Under the pieces are notes generated by a model. That model was given only the letters and a program-made list of their open reading frames with translations, searched no databases and had not been told where the DNA came from. This document shows, in pieces, positions 31,481-50,647 of a DNA stretch of 64,000 nt. The stretch covers positions 7,936,001 through 8,000,000 of the forward strand of contig CM035357.1 in assembly GCA_020137815.1 (NCBI GenBank), in the 5' to 3' direction. Both the position numbers and the translations under genes were made by a program. The DNA is from Hormiphora californensis. Lineage: Eukaryota; Animalia; Ctenophora. Each line of letters starts with the position of its first letter. Position 1 is the stretch's first letter.

Positions 31481-31975
31481 GGGAGAGGTGGAATATAAAA
31501 AACATACATCACCCTGGCAAGTTTAATCCCCTTTCTAGAAAAACAACTCGTTCCTAGACCAGCCCATCATAACTTCATCTTATAAGATCGAATCACAAAT
31601 GATTTAATCCATCTCCGTACTAACAGTTAGTGACCCCTACAACGGGTATTTGTAGTCTAGAACCCTCCCCATTCTGTGGCTCAAAGATAATCATAGTTCA
31701 CAACGACACAACTTCAAAAACACGAAACAAACTGAATTCCAGCTGTATGACTGCAACACATGTACACAGTTGCCTAAACTGGTTATCTAGTGTTTTCACA
31801 TTGCATGAATTGTTAGACACCACACACACACTCAGTGTCCCAGACACAAACATAAATTATTAATAACAGGTCGATATATAATGTTTTATTGACAGAACCT
31901 AGATACCGCCTAATGACCGGAAACTAAAACACAGAAATAATAACACACGCAATGCGGTATCTGTTTAGTAGTATT

Positions 31976-39045
<7,070 letters not shown>

Positions 39046-39232
39046 GATATACTGGGTCCTATAGAGTGGTGCAAACAAAATAAAGGCAGTCCTCAGCTTA
39101 CTATGCTGACATAGAAGATAGAGAGGGAGAAGAGGAGAGACCTGGAGAGATGAAGAAGAGCACCAAGACTAGAGAGAGAGAGGAGAGAGGAGAGAGGAGA
39201 GAGAGAGAGAGAGAGAGATGACGAAGAGGAGG

Positions 39233-39268
<36 letters not shown>

Positions 39269-40454
39269 GGGGGGGGGAGAGAAATTATAAATAAGAGAAG
39301 GAATGTATCTCAGAGAAAACCAAAAAGAAATGCAGGCAAGAATATCTGTCAACGGAGAGAAATCCCCCCTGGTATTTGAAATACAGTATTCTTGGAGAGG
39401 ATCTACCAAAATGAAGGACAGTCGCTGATATTATAATGATGCTGTAGACTGTAGACTGCAGAGGGAGAAAGGATGGTAAGATGTTATAGAGTACCCTGAA
39501 AATATTGGGAAAGACACAAATAGAAAGAGATAAATATTTCAGTAGAAAACATATTATATTGGAGAATGATGAATGAGAGAAAATATGAAGTTGGAGTGAG
39601 GTAGGGAAACAAGGATGCGGATAGGGAGGAAATAACCCAGAAACTGCATACAAGATGCAGTAAAAACATGTAGAAATGCACTAGGTATAAGTCATGAAGA
39701 GATGGGGGAAAGAGCAGTAAGGAGACAGTTTAAAGAGAGATAGAAAGATTGAGAGATAGAGGGATAGAAAGATAGAGAGATAAAGAAGATAGTAGACCGC
39801 TATATGACGTCTAGTAATGGCAAGAACTAAACACTGGACATGGTACGTCTCTAACTAAATTTTAAATCAGGGATACACACCCTAATTGCAGAACTATTTA
39901 TTTGCTACACATAAGGCACAATCCCTGCTAAATCTAACAGGAATCCTACTAGAACGGTGAATCCTGTGTTCCAACACTATAATCAAAGTATTGAGAGAAG
40001 CATTTGGCTCACTACAAATAGAGCAGGGTGTTGGACTGTTGGTAAAGTTGTCACAAACTAACAAGCTATAGATCCGTCTAGAACAGTCTAGAACATCGGT
40101 TTGTATGTATATGATTTGTCTACCCGATATCTTGGTGGCAAATCCCAGATTTTTCAAAGCAGTGTTTCGTTTCTAATATATCAGAAACCCAGACCTTCCC
40201 ATAACTCATAACCATTAACACCGCTTGGCCACTTAGTACTATACCACCCCTCGAGATGCACGGTAAATTTTATTTTAGATAAACTGCTCAACTGGGGGAA
40301 CATAAATCCCCCGGTAAATCGAGGTTTGACTGTACCTGTTTTGCTGGTTCGTTTTCGGCCGGTTTGTCGGATTGCCCGGTGCAGATGACGTAGACAGGAC
40401 ACGTGAACACCGGACATGGTTACACGTCGGTACAGTAACATGTCCAACAAACTT

Positions 40455-40720
40455 GGCTGGGACATTTTCTGGGACAACTGGGGAGGGAGATGTCAGTAGG
40501 CTGGGACATTTTCTGGGACAACTGGGGAGGGAGATGTCAGTAGGCTGGGACATTTTCTGGGACAACTGGGGAGGGAGATGTTAGTAGGCTGGGACATTTT
40601 CTGGGACAACTGGGGGGATGTTAGTAGGCTGGGACATTTCTGGATCAACGGGGGTTTGTAGGCTGGACATTTCTGGGACAATGGGGGGGGGTGTTAGTAC
40701 GGACTTTCTGGACAACTGGG
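40455..40720. repeat. ~44-bp minisatellite (about 6 copies)
   Basis: Unit ggctgggacattttctgggacaactggggagggagatgtcagta recurs. Confidence 0.85.
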
Positions 40721-40724
40721 ATGC

Positions 40725-43683
40725 CTGCAGTTGCGGCGTGGGAGCCTGGAGAACACTCTTTACACCCCAATGCCCCACTATCTGGTGTTGCTGAGCCTGG
40801 GGAACAGAGAGTACAGTTGACAGCACCAGTTATATTTACAAAGCTGCCCGGACCGCATAGTAGACACACATTTGCACCAGGGTCTGACGAGTACGCTCCA
40901 GCTGGGCACGGGTCACACGTTAGAGATCCCCGGGTATTGTTGGTGCTGTGTCCTGGATCACAGAGTTTACATTCTGCTGAACCAGTCTCGTTTGTATAGA
41001 GCCTGGTTGGCAAAGGGTGCAATCTGTACTACCGTTAACAGAATATGTTCCTTGCTCACAGAGTGAACATGAGACTGTGCCATTCGTATCTGCAAAAGAT
41101 CCAGCGTCACAGCCAACGCACTCCGTCATTCCAGTAGTGTTGCCATAGGAACCAGGCTTACAGAGATCGCAAGCAGTGCTACCATTCTGAGATGAAAAAG
41201 ATCCTGCAGCACAGGGATCACATTTTGAACTTCCGTTTTTAGCGGCAAAAGATCCAGCGTCACACCCAACGCACTCCGTCATCCAGTAGTGTTGCCATAG
41301 GAACCAGGCTTGCAGAGATCGCAAGCAGTGCTACCATTCTGAGATGAAAAAGATCCTGCAGCACAGGATCCATTTTGAACTTCCGTTTTTAGCGGCAAAA
41401 GACCAGCGTCACACCCAACGCACTCCGTCAATCCAGTAGTGTTGCCATAGGAACCAGGCTTGCAGAGATCGCAAGCAGTGCTACCATTCTGAGATGAAAA
41501 AGATCCTGCAGCACAGAGATCGCATTTTGAACTTCCGTTTTTAGCGGCAAAAGACCCAGCGTCACACCCAACGCACTCCGTCAATCCAGTAGTGTTGCCA
41601 TAGGAACCAGGCTTGCAGAGATCGCAAGCAGTGCTACCATTCTGAGATGAAAAAGATCCTGCAGCACAGGGATCACATTTTGAACTTCCGTTTTTAGCGG
41701 CAAAAGATCCAGCGTCACACCCAACGCACTCCGTCAATCCAGTAGTGTTGCCATAGGAACCAGGCTTGCAGAGATCGCAAGCAGTGCTACCATTCTGAGA
41801 TGAAAAAGATCCTGCAGCACAGAGATCACATTTTGAACTTCCGTTTTTAGCGGCAAAAGATCCAGCTCACACTGAATGCAATCTACAGAGCCACCTTTGT
41901 CGGAAAATGAACCCGCCGGGCACTTTGAGCACTCAGGGCTTCCATCGGTCGGTGCAAAGGTTCCTGGCCCACATTCTGTGCACTCTGTAGCGTTGCTAGG
42001 AGACGTAGACCAGCCTTACAGGAGGAGCAAGTTAAGGAGGCGAAATCAGGGGCAACTGATCCCGCACTACATACCCCACATTCAATAGTACCGTCCACAG
42101 GGGCTGCACTTCCTGGTGCACAGGCTGCACAGATAAGGGCACCTGGGGAAGCGGCATGGTAACCAGGGAGACACAGAAAGCAGACAGGTGCACCGGTTAT
42201 GTTTATGAAGGAGCCAGCTGGGCACGGGTCACACGTTAGAGATCCCCGGGTATTGTTGGTGCTGTGTCCTGGATCACAGAGTTTACATTCTGCTGAACCG
42301 GTCTCGTTTGTATAGGAGCCTGGTTGGCAAAGGGTACAATCTGTACTACCATTGACAGAGAACTCCAGCCTCACACTGCTGACAAATCACGGAGCCATTT
42401 ATATCGGAAAAACTCCCCGCTTCGCACACAGCACAATCTGCACTTCCATTCCCGGCTGCAAATGATCCCGGGGTGCATAACTCACACGATGTGCTGCCAT
42501 TCTCTGATGCATGGGATCCTGCTGAGCACAGGTCACAAGTAGAAGAACCGTTACCTGCTGCATAGGTGCCGGGGGTACAGGTGTCACAAAGGTCAGCTCC
42601 CCTGAACCCAGCACTGGTTCCAGGTACACAGAGCTCACACTGGGTAGACCCATTAGAGCTGGCAAAGGAACCCTCCTCGCACAGGACACATTCCACACTT
42701 CCCTCGACACTTGCATACGTTCCTGATCACATTTAGTACAAACTGCAGTACCATTAGTATCGGAGTAACTTCCCTTGCACACATGTAACACTGGTCACTC
42801 CCTGCATCAGAATAGTTACCAGGCTTACAATTAGTACAAGCAGTAGCGGCGGTGTCGGCATTGAACGTACCAGCTGGACACTCAGTGCACTCTGTTGACC
42901 CACTCTCACCCGCAAACATGCCAGGAGGACAAGCAACACACGAGGTCTGGTTAGCCTCACTGTTAGAATGGCCTGGTGAACAGGGGGTACACTTTTTGCA
43001 GCATTTGTAGTGTTGGAATAACTCCCTGCGGGGCACGCTTCACAACTTCCATCCTCCATCCTCCGCTCCCCCGGCACACACTTTTCATCAGCAACACAGG
43101 CAGTCTGGTACTCATTTGGGTGAGCGTCAGGTCCACAGTCCTCACAGTGGTCCTGTCCCGGGGAGGATACTGTGTCAGTAGGGGCACTTAGTGCACGTGT
43201 CAGAGGGGAGGGTAGAGAAGGAGCCACCAGGGCACTTATCACATTCATATCCATCATCACTAATAGTCCCATTACCACACGCCTCACATTTAATAGCACC
43301 CATGGTGTCTGACACATACCCTGTAGGACACTCAGTACACATGACACTGCCGGATATGTTGGCAAAGTAGCCAGGAAGGCAATGCAGACAGCTCCCCTGC
43401 CCCTTGATCGGGTTGAATTGGCCCGGTGGACAGGGAGTACACACGCCCTGGTTAGCTTTGCTGTACGAACCCGCCGGGCACTTTTCACACTTCTTGGTGT
43501 GGTGTTGTAGTATGTGCCAGCACGACATTTGAATCGTGGAGGTCGAGGGTGGGGACGGGCGGGTTCCTGGAGTTGCTGAGCATCCTCCAGAATCTTCTCC
43601 AGACCCTCAAAGAGCTCTTCGTAGAGGGTTGTGGTAGGAGCACCAAGGGAGAGGAGGAGCGTGAGAATTAATAGTTTTCTCAT
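40725..43683 (-). CDS. Secreted Cys-rich GCC2/GCC3-repeat protein, long 5' exon (many frameshifts, probably sequencing errors)
   Basis: Signal peptide MRKLLILTLLLSLG, then dozens of 17-aa CxxGS/TxAxxxGxxxCxxC units across shifting frames. Contains 153-bp tandem repeats at ~41100-41870 and an internal duplication 40897-41045 / 42213-42360. Repeats stop abruptly at CSPGSHAATA-G|gcatcc. Confidence 0.75.
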
Positions 43684-43704
43684 CCTAAAGGGGAGAAAGT
43701 GGGT

Positions 43705-44127
43705 AGTAGTGTAAAACTTGTGAATCTACGACAGTGCGGCATCACCTCAATATAGTTAACTAAGTTGAGGCTTGTTACCTCACTATACATCTCGTCATTT
43801 GACTGTCAAGTGTGTAACTGTATCTCACTATACACCCACACACACACACACACTATACACCTCCAGTATTTAGCTTAGCCATTGTAGCTACCCCCCGGTA
43901 ACATGGTGGGCGAATGAGGGCAGCATATGTGGTAGAGTGCAGCATATGCAGCAGATTCAATGACCTCCCCCAATGGGGGAGGTCACTTGTGTTATCCGGA
44001 TTAATTGATTTCACTGTGTGTATGAATCCGGATTAATTGATTCATATGATTCATATGTTTTGCGTGAAATCATATGAATCATATGGATCATATCAAAGTA
44101 AAACACGGGGTTTAATAGATGAGCTAA
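43705..44127 (+). repeat. Left TIR (~423 bp)
   Basis: Reverse complement of 50648-51068, differing mostly by single-base indels. Confidence 0.95.
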
Positions 44128-44177
44128 ATATTTAATTAAGGGGTCTGAGTACCATGATCATTTTCTCTAGATTGACT

Positions 44178-44700
44178 ATGGATTTGGTATTGTTTCTTGT
44201 CTTACTATCGGGCATAGTATTTGATACAGACCACAGTGACATGTTTTGATAATTGAAGGGGATATGGAACTAGTGTTTTGTGGAAACTAACGGCAAAATT
44301 GAGTTTATAATAAGTAACGAAACTACTTCTATCCGTTACGATCATCCCATTCAACCAAAGTTTAATTTCAATTGGGAAAAGCGCGAAATTAATGGCAATC
44401 CATGTCTGGGTGGATGGAGCAGAGATATTGGAATTCAATCCACTCAATGCGACAATGTTTGCCGACTTAACAATTGAATTAACGAGCCAGTCTATTTCTC
44501 TACCGATTACTGCTAGCGCTCCAGATAGAAATGATTTATACTACATCATTTGCATTCTACTTTGATAATAAACCAAGGTTGATTTAAAGAAAGTCAAAAA
44601 CCTCCTTATGACAACATTGTACCAGGAAATTACTCTAGCGTCAAATCAAGATTTATCTGTATAAAAGGCCATCAATATGACTCTGCTACCATTCATCTAA
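44178..44700 (+). CDS. Element orphan ORF with a putative signal peptide (frameshifted)
   Basis: MDLVLFLVLLSGIVF..., continuing through ETNGKIEFIISNETTSIRYDHPIQPKFNFNWEKREINGNPCLGGWSRDIGIQSTQCDNVC; continuity is inferred across indels. Confidence 0.4.
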
Positions 44701-44705
44701 TAACC

Positions 44706-45476
44706 ATGTTCCGGAACTTTGTTATTGCTGGTGGATTAGGAGCTGATCCTGCCAGGCTGTCTATGGCTATAGAACCGATCAAACTGCAGGAGAAAATGGG
44801 TATTGCAGTCAAATCAGTGGCATATGGTGAGCTGGAAAACGTGAATACAAGCAATAACACCATAATTCTTCGATTTGATGGCCATGCAATGCTTAGAGAT
44901 ATAATGTCTGGAGCTTTTAAAAGCAGGAATGCAGTTCATGGTGACCATAAAGTTATAATCGAACCTGGATTCTATTCGGAACGACAAGATTTGCTTGAAG
45001 CGATAGTTAATGCTTGTAATAGTTATCTTAATGAGCGTAATATGACGGTGATTCGATAGCCATTAACAATGACAAAAGTGGAGGAAAATCTCGAATAAAC
45101 CTACAAAATACGTGAACTTTCATCAATCACCATTCTCCGAATGTTGAAGCAGAAGAAACAAGTGATAGGGAATGGAAAGTGTTTACACCACGACAAGCTA
45201 ATAGAACAGCAGATAATGGGTGTTTTTATCTTAACAATAGTTGAAAACAGTTTTATTAATGGGAGAAAATCCAGAATTTTATGTTACTGTCCGTTACAGT
45301 TTCTTCGGGTTATCATTTTACGAGTTTCAAAATCCGACATATGTACCAATTGAAGTGAGAGAGTTTTCTGATATTTCTCTTTCTCTATACGTGATTTTAA
45401 CGGAAGGTTGATATCTTTTTCAAATAAATTTGATACAGTTTAACGTTAGAGATGCGACCAATGCACTATAAATAGA
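44706..45476 (+). CDS. Minor capsid (penton-like) protein (frameshifted)
   Basis: N-terminal MGIAVKSVAYG, IEPGFY, and the C-terminal Polinton penton signature IVENSFINGRKSRIL...YEFQNPTYVPIEVREFSDISLS.RDFNGRLISF. Confidence 0.75.
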
Positions 45477-45481
45477 AGCAC

Positions 45482-45820
45482 ATGATTGATTCATCATTAT
45501 ATTTCAAATGGAACCTATCCGTTATAACAGACGATGAGTATTCCCGTGTCATTATGCAGCATGGATCTGGTCTAGATTCCGATGGATATTATATCTATAA
45601 TCAAAATGGGGAGGGAATTGGAAGTTTTTTGGCATCACTTTTTAGAGGTGCTCTTCCTATTCTCGGATCGGCTATAAAAGGCGCCGCATCTGCCGCTAAC
45701 ACCCCTCATATTAAAACAGGCCTAAAACGTGCTGCTGTTGCCGGAGCTGAAGATTTGTTTATCGCATCCACCCTATTGATCGGAAAGCTAAACGCTATCG
45801 TAAAAGAAAACTATGAAAAC
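45482..45820 (+). CDS. Small core/membrane-active virion protein of Polintons
   Basis: QHGSG and QNGEGIGSFLASLFRGALPILGSAIKG: QxGxG motifs plus an amphipathic helix typical of the small Polinton ORF next to the capsid genes. Confidence 0.7.
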
Positions 45821-47114
45821 TTTTGCCGGATTGAATGAACAATTTCTACGGAACTCTTGCTATGGAAACGCCCAAGTACACTGTTGCAGTTGAAGATTGT
45901 TACACCATTAAGGTTTATCATTGACGAGTATTCTAAATGGGCCAATTACTTTTGATATTCCTCCTCTCAACAAACTGGCATGCTCTGGATATTGATATCA
46001 TACAACTTTTGCGGTTATGAACGGGACATCTGAAATCTCTAAAAGAAAAACGTATCTATAATTAACAATGTAGCTAACGCTATGTGGAGTTAGTTGAAGT
46101 TACATTGGCTGACAGAGTGGACATTATGCAGAGTATGAGGACACAGCTATGCGTATCAATCTTACTTAACATAGTTTCTAAACACTCATCCGGATCGAAG
46201 TGACTACTTGTTCGAAACTCAACTGTTCAAAATGGACTCGGGTCAGACAAGGGCGATTCGGAAACATTACAGTTTATGTGAAAATAAATAAAAACAAAGC
46301 CGCTAGCGAACGAACTGAAAAAATTCAATCTTCGGATGAATTTCTGTATCCAGCAAATTACACTGTCCTTTAGTAACATCTTACAAGCTCTACCACCGAA
46401 TCTTCCCGTCAAAATAACCCTGACTAAAAACGGAGACATTTTCTTCTCTTCCGCATCGAAAGCGGATTACGGTTAAACTTTCAGAGGTGTTATCCAAAGG
46501 TTAAGTTATAAAGCTATTCCCAAAATCCTCTCGCTAATTGAGGAGAGATTAGCAAAGGAGCTGCACCATATCATATTAGTAAACCAAACTTATTGTACGA
46601 CCCCATCACTAAACTGGCAGAGTGTTTCGCATGAATCATATCTTTACTACCGGGAAGTTACCACATCACGCATTTTTCTGTGTGCAAAATCGGATGACTT
46701 TGATGGAAAATTCCACAAACCCATTTGCTTTTTGTACCGTTAACAGTTCCAGTTACATATTGACGGCAAACCTTACTTTTCTGACCCGTTAGAAACATCT
46801 CCTACAAGCGGAAAATACCTTAACAATAACGTCTACCTCCAACAACTGTATGAATCACTAGTTTGATATAAAGGGGCAGTGTTGATAACCAGCAAAAACT
46901 CTCGAACAGAACTTTGTTGTTGGTATCTCTCTTACAAAAGATCGTATTGGGACTACTCCCCATGGTTATATAAGCCCGCAATACGAGTCTAGTACACACT
47001 TGAAATCGATTTGGGATCCGAAAGTTCACCGAGGGCCTAATTCTCATTGTGTATGCGGTATACGATCGACTGATAAAAATCCATGGTGATAGAAGTGTGG
47101 AGATAGTTGAATGA
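45813..47114 (+). CDS. Major capsid protein (double jelly-roll) (frameshifted)
   Basis: Fragments GPITFDIP, IINNVANAMWS.VEVTL, SYAYQSY, YLFETQLFKMDSG, LPPNLPVKITLTKN, NPFAF, YLQQLYESL and LILIVYAVYDRLIKIHGDRSVEIVE-stop follow the Polinton MCP pattern. Confidence 0.8.
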
Positions 47115-47550
47115 ACACACAACAGATCAACAGTATTCTAACTAGGAATTCGGTTACAAAAGGCAATTTTTTGGGAACATTTCCTCTGTATGACCATCAA
47201 ACTAAGAAAAGGAGATATGGAATAATTACAAACACGATCCCATAACAAAAGAGCTGCATTGGTGTGCCTGGTGGAGTGATCACGGCTATCTAACATTTTT
47301 CGATCTTTCGGACGATCTCCATTAGATACTGACTTTCCGTCCATTTTTTCAGAGTTTGTTGGTAAATTTAAGCAGTGTACCTATGTCATGCGCCTGTTCA
47401 AATGTTCGATACTACGGTTTGTGGTCAATTTTGTATTCATTTTATCTATGCATGAGTTATGGAGTAACAGTTGACGATTTTTGTCAGTTGTTATACTAAT
47501 TTGGATGATAATGAGCGAATTGTGACAAGTATTGGTTGATATTATTAACT
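47111..47550 (+). CDS. Adenain-like cysteine maturation protease (frameshifted)
   Basis: MNTQQINSIL...FLGTFP...IITNT...HWCAWW...F.D.FGRSP...TTVCGQFCIHFIY with catalytic H, D and C; the ATG overlaps the MCP stop (ATGA). Confidence 0.8.
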
Positions 47551-47559
47551 CGTAACAAG

Positions 47560-47869
47560 CTGTTTCTATTTGAATTGAAATTTAAATCATGAAACCATAT
47601 TTACACACACAAATTATAAACATCTTCATATTGCTTTGAAAACTTGCAGCAACAGCAATCGTTTACAAACACATCATATCCACACCCATTTCCTCTTCGC
47701 TATGACAGAGCATACCACGTTCGTTTCTACTGATGTCAGCTTTAGCAAACGCTTTGATAAGACGTAAAATTTCCGGATTTTCTGCCTTAATTGGCTGGAT
47801 GAGATTTTTGGGATCTTTATTTCCGTTGGTTTTTCCTCCTTCCAAGGGGATCAAAATAAAGCGACTCAT
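47560..47869 (-). CDS. Small orphan ORF downstream of the ATPase
   Basis: MSRFILIPLEGGKTNG...LRLIKAFAKADISRNERG; 3' end uncertain. Confidence 0.4.
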
Positions 47870-47879
47870 GTTTCCCGTA

Positions 47880-48533
47880 ATTAAAGTATGGACGGACTGC
47901 ATGGCCATCCCCTTTATACTAGTTCGGAGTGATGTATCGTAATTAGAGATAAATGCTGATCCATGGTTCCCAATAGTCTGTATCCGGTCAGTTCTTTCGG
48001 AAGTAATGGAGAAAAACTCAAGAGAACAAATCCACACTTTTCTCAGATGCTCTTTTATAGGCTGCAAGTATTCTATTAACGTCCTCTTCCGACAATATCT
48101 GTCGAGCAACGTATGTACTTGACGAAGATTTGCGTTGGTTATGGAACAAAACATAGTAATGGCATTAGCACTCATAAGACGGAAAGTATACAGTTTGGAA
48201 ACAGATTTTGGGTTATAAAAAATAGGCTTATTTTCTTATGGTGACTCCCATAAGAACGCAGACGCCACATCTTTATTCGTGTCTAGGATAAGATCATCGA
48301 CAACCAACATACTTGGCTCCGAGTGTCCATTTGTTCAAAGTCTAACCCATAAATAACTTTATATCAGATGATCTTTCATGAAGGCTGTCCAACGCTATAC
48401 ATGTAATAAACATTCTTTTGGAAAGGTTCGATTTAATCGTTCCGCGATAATACGTAGGATAAATTGAGTTTTCCCAGCCCCAGTTTGACCAAGATGATTG
48501 TGTTGTGGTTTGCAAGGAATTTTATATCGGCAT
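47880..48533 (-). CDS. A32/FtsK-like packaging ATPase (frameshifted)
   Basis: Walker A GQTGAGKT, Walker B MLVVDDL, HHKKISLFFITQNLF and LMSANA.YYVLF motifs. Confidence 0.85.
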
Positions 48534-49582
48534 TATACTTGAAAGGTCTTGATGATCCACCCAGGATTGAAAATATCTGGATAACCGCTCCACTTGACAA
48601 ATATTGCACTTTGTTTCGATGGGTTCGTTTCCTTACTACGCGTTCGACTGGCCAAATATCGTTTGATGTATCAACAACCTGCAACTCCGATTCGTAAAAG
48701 GAACCGCCAATCACTTGTCCTCCATATCTTTAATGGTGTAAGTCGGCGGGTTTGTAGCTTTTATAGCCGCGATTTCAAAACCTCATAACTCCAAGATTGT
48801 TCATGAGCCTTTTTGAACACATTCTTTTTTCGAGTTATTCTAACAGTCGTCCTACCTATATCTAGCTTTGCTGCTCTTGGTAGTTTCGGGAACAGATTAC
48901 GACGAACTTTGGATTCGTTAGATTTGTTTACCTCGTTTGGCTTCATTTTTATGCTTCTATGGTGGCTGTCGTTATATCCATCCACTAGCTTATCTAGTAT
49001 GTCACCCATCTATATGGAACCCTAGCAGTGAAGGCTCGAAACATGCGATCTTTAGCGTTCGATTAACGCGCTCGACAATCGCCACACTTCCTGTCGGAAG
49101 AACTGTAAATAAGTCAATTTTGTGCTTGGCCAATAGAGCCAGAACTTTCCATTTTTAAACTCTCCCCCATCATCTGTCTCAATCTTCTGAGGTTTTTCTC
49201 TCTCAATCATGGTTTAAAGGGCTTTTAAAAAAAACGGCTGCAGCAGCATCTTGTTTTTCATTTAAAGGCCCAAAGTTTTTTGCTGAATGTATCGATGCAT
49301 GTGATGATCCATTTGTATCCGTTATTTTTGCTTTGCATAAGCACCTCATATCCCAAGATCATCTGGAACTGGTAATTTATTGATTTTGTATAGATTCTGC
49401 GATATTTTACTCGTTTGCGAACAGGTTTATGGAGTGTATAACGTGTGATGCCTTTACACTTTTTTCACGGCACTGCCCGCTTTGTAGTAGAGTCTCTCTC
49501 CTTGGCTGCCTTGAAAACGCATTTTGTCCAGTATAAGCTCCGCTAAATACAGGATCAACGTAAAGTTTCGCAAGTTTGACAT
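48534..49582 (-). CDS. Retroviral-like (rve) integrase with C-terminal chromodomain (frameshifted)
   Basis: YTLHKP, QFQMD, CIDTFSK, IETDDGGEF, AIVERVNRTLK, GYNDSHHRSIKMKP, VRITRKKNVFKK...WSYE, GSFYESELQ, VERVVRKR...YLVKWSGYP...NPGW/SW. Confidence 0.9.
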
Positions 49583-49661
49583 AATGGTGATTTTTTGACA
49601 CTTGTGAACCTATAAATAGTCTCGAGAGAGAAAGAGAAATCAGTTATTTCCAATCAATACC

Positions 49662-50622
49662 ATGGCGTCGTGTAATCAATGTGATGAAGTGTTTGAAAAC
49701 CGTCAGTGATTTGGCTTCGACATAAAGCTACAACCATGTTCCTATTGTTGCAGTTGGAATGCGGAATATTCGATAGTGGGAAAAGAAAACGAGAAAGAAA
49801 CGACAGTGATGAACGAATCGATAACGTGAACGGGGAAATAGTGTTGAGAATTTTAGAAGGGGAGAAAGCGTAAGAACCCGATTCTGATCACGATAACGAT
49901 GACGTTAAGCGTCCTAGAAGGAGGGCTTACATAGACGATAGTTCGGATGAGAGTGATCGATAAATCCTGTTAACGAAGAGCCGGAGATCTAACCACGTTG
50001 TTATACACAGAGAACATGATGATACCAAAACCCCATCACGTTTAGATTACTACAAGAAACAATTCGGATCCTTACCAACAAACTTCAACAGGCCCACAAC
50101 AATGCAAGAGTTTTAAAAGACGATATGAAAACAAATTACAAGAATGTACCGATAATCTAGGGCGATACAAAAATCAGATTTCTCTCCTAAGCAGCAAAAC
50201 CAGAATTCGAAGTTTCGCTTCATGACCCCCATTACAAAGAGTTTTCTAGATCCATCGTTAATAGCTTAGCATAGAAAACTTTGTCCGCTAAAGGAATTTT
50301 GGAAAGGGGAAGATAAGCTACATATTAGATCAAAACAGCTATTGGATTCATTGCAAGCGCTGATTATGGGATTGCAGTATGGTGTCATACCACTGTTTAC
50401 AACAAAGCCAGGAACTAACATCATCGGATAGGAAACTCATTTCAAAGCTGGAGAACGTATCGAGGAGGAAGTGAAACAAATAATTTACAAGAACAAACTT
50501 CGTTTATTCATTTGTTCAGTATTATAGCTGAAGATATTGATTATCTCAAGCGTGTTGATGAAATGTGCCCAAATCTGTAAGAACGTTTAGAAATTAGCGA
50601 CGATTCTTCCGATTCGGATTAA
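49662..50622 (+). CDS. Element orphan ORF: N-terminal C2H2-like zinc finger, acidic/basic region, coiled coil (frameshifted)
   Basis: MASCNQCDEVFEN...LAS.HK...H, then D/E/R/K-rich and helical segments; divergent from the integrase across a ~80-bp spacer containing TATAAATA. Confidence 0.45.
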
Positions 50623-50647
50623 TACCAAGACTTGTTCATACTTTAAA

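Noticed and set aside
40240-40335. Tc1/pogo-like end (tacagtcaaacctcg), with a related fragment at ~12185-12235
   Set aside because: Only single-ended fragments; element boundaries cannot be defined.
47663-48175. 170-aa ORF as a single gene
   Set aside because: Chimera of an out-of-frame ATPase 3' part and the downstream small ORF, caused by indels.
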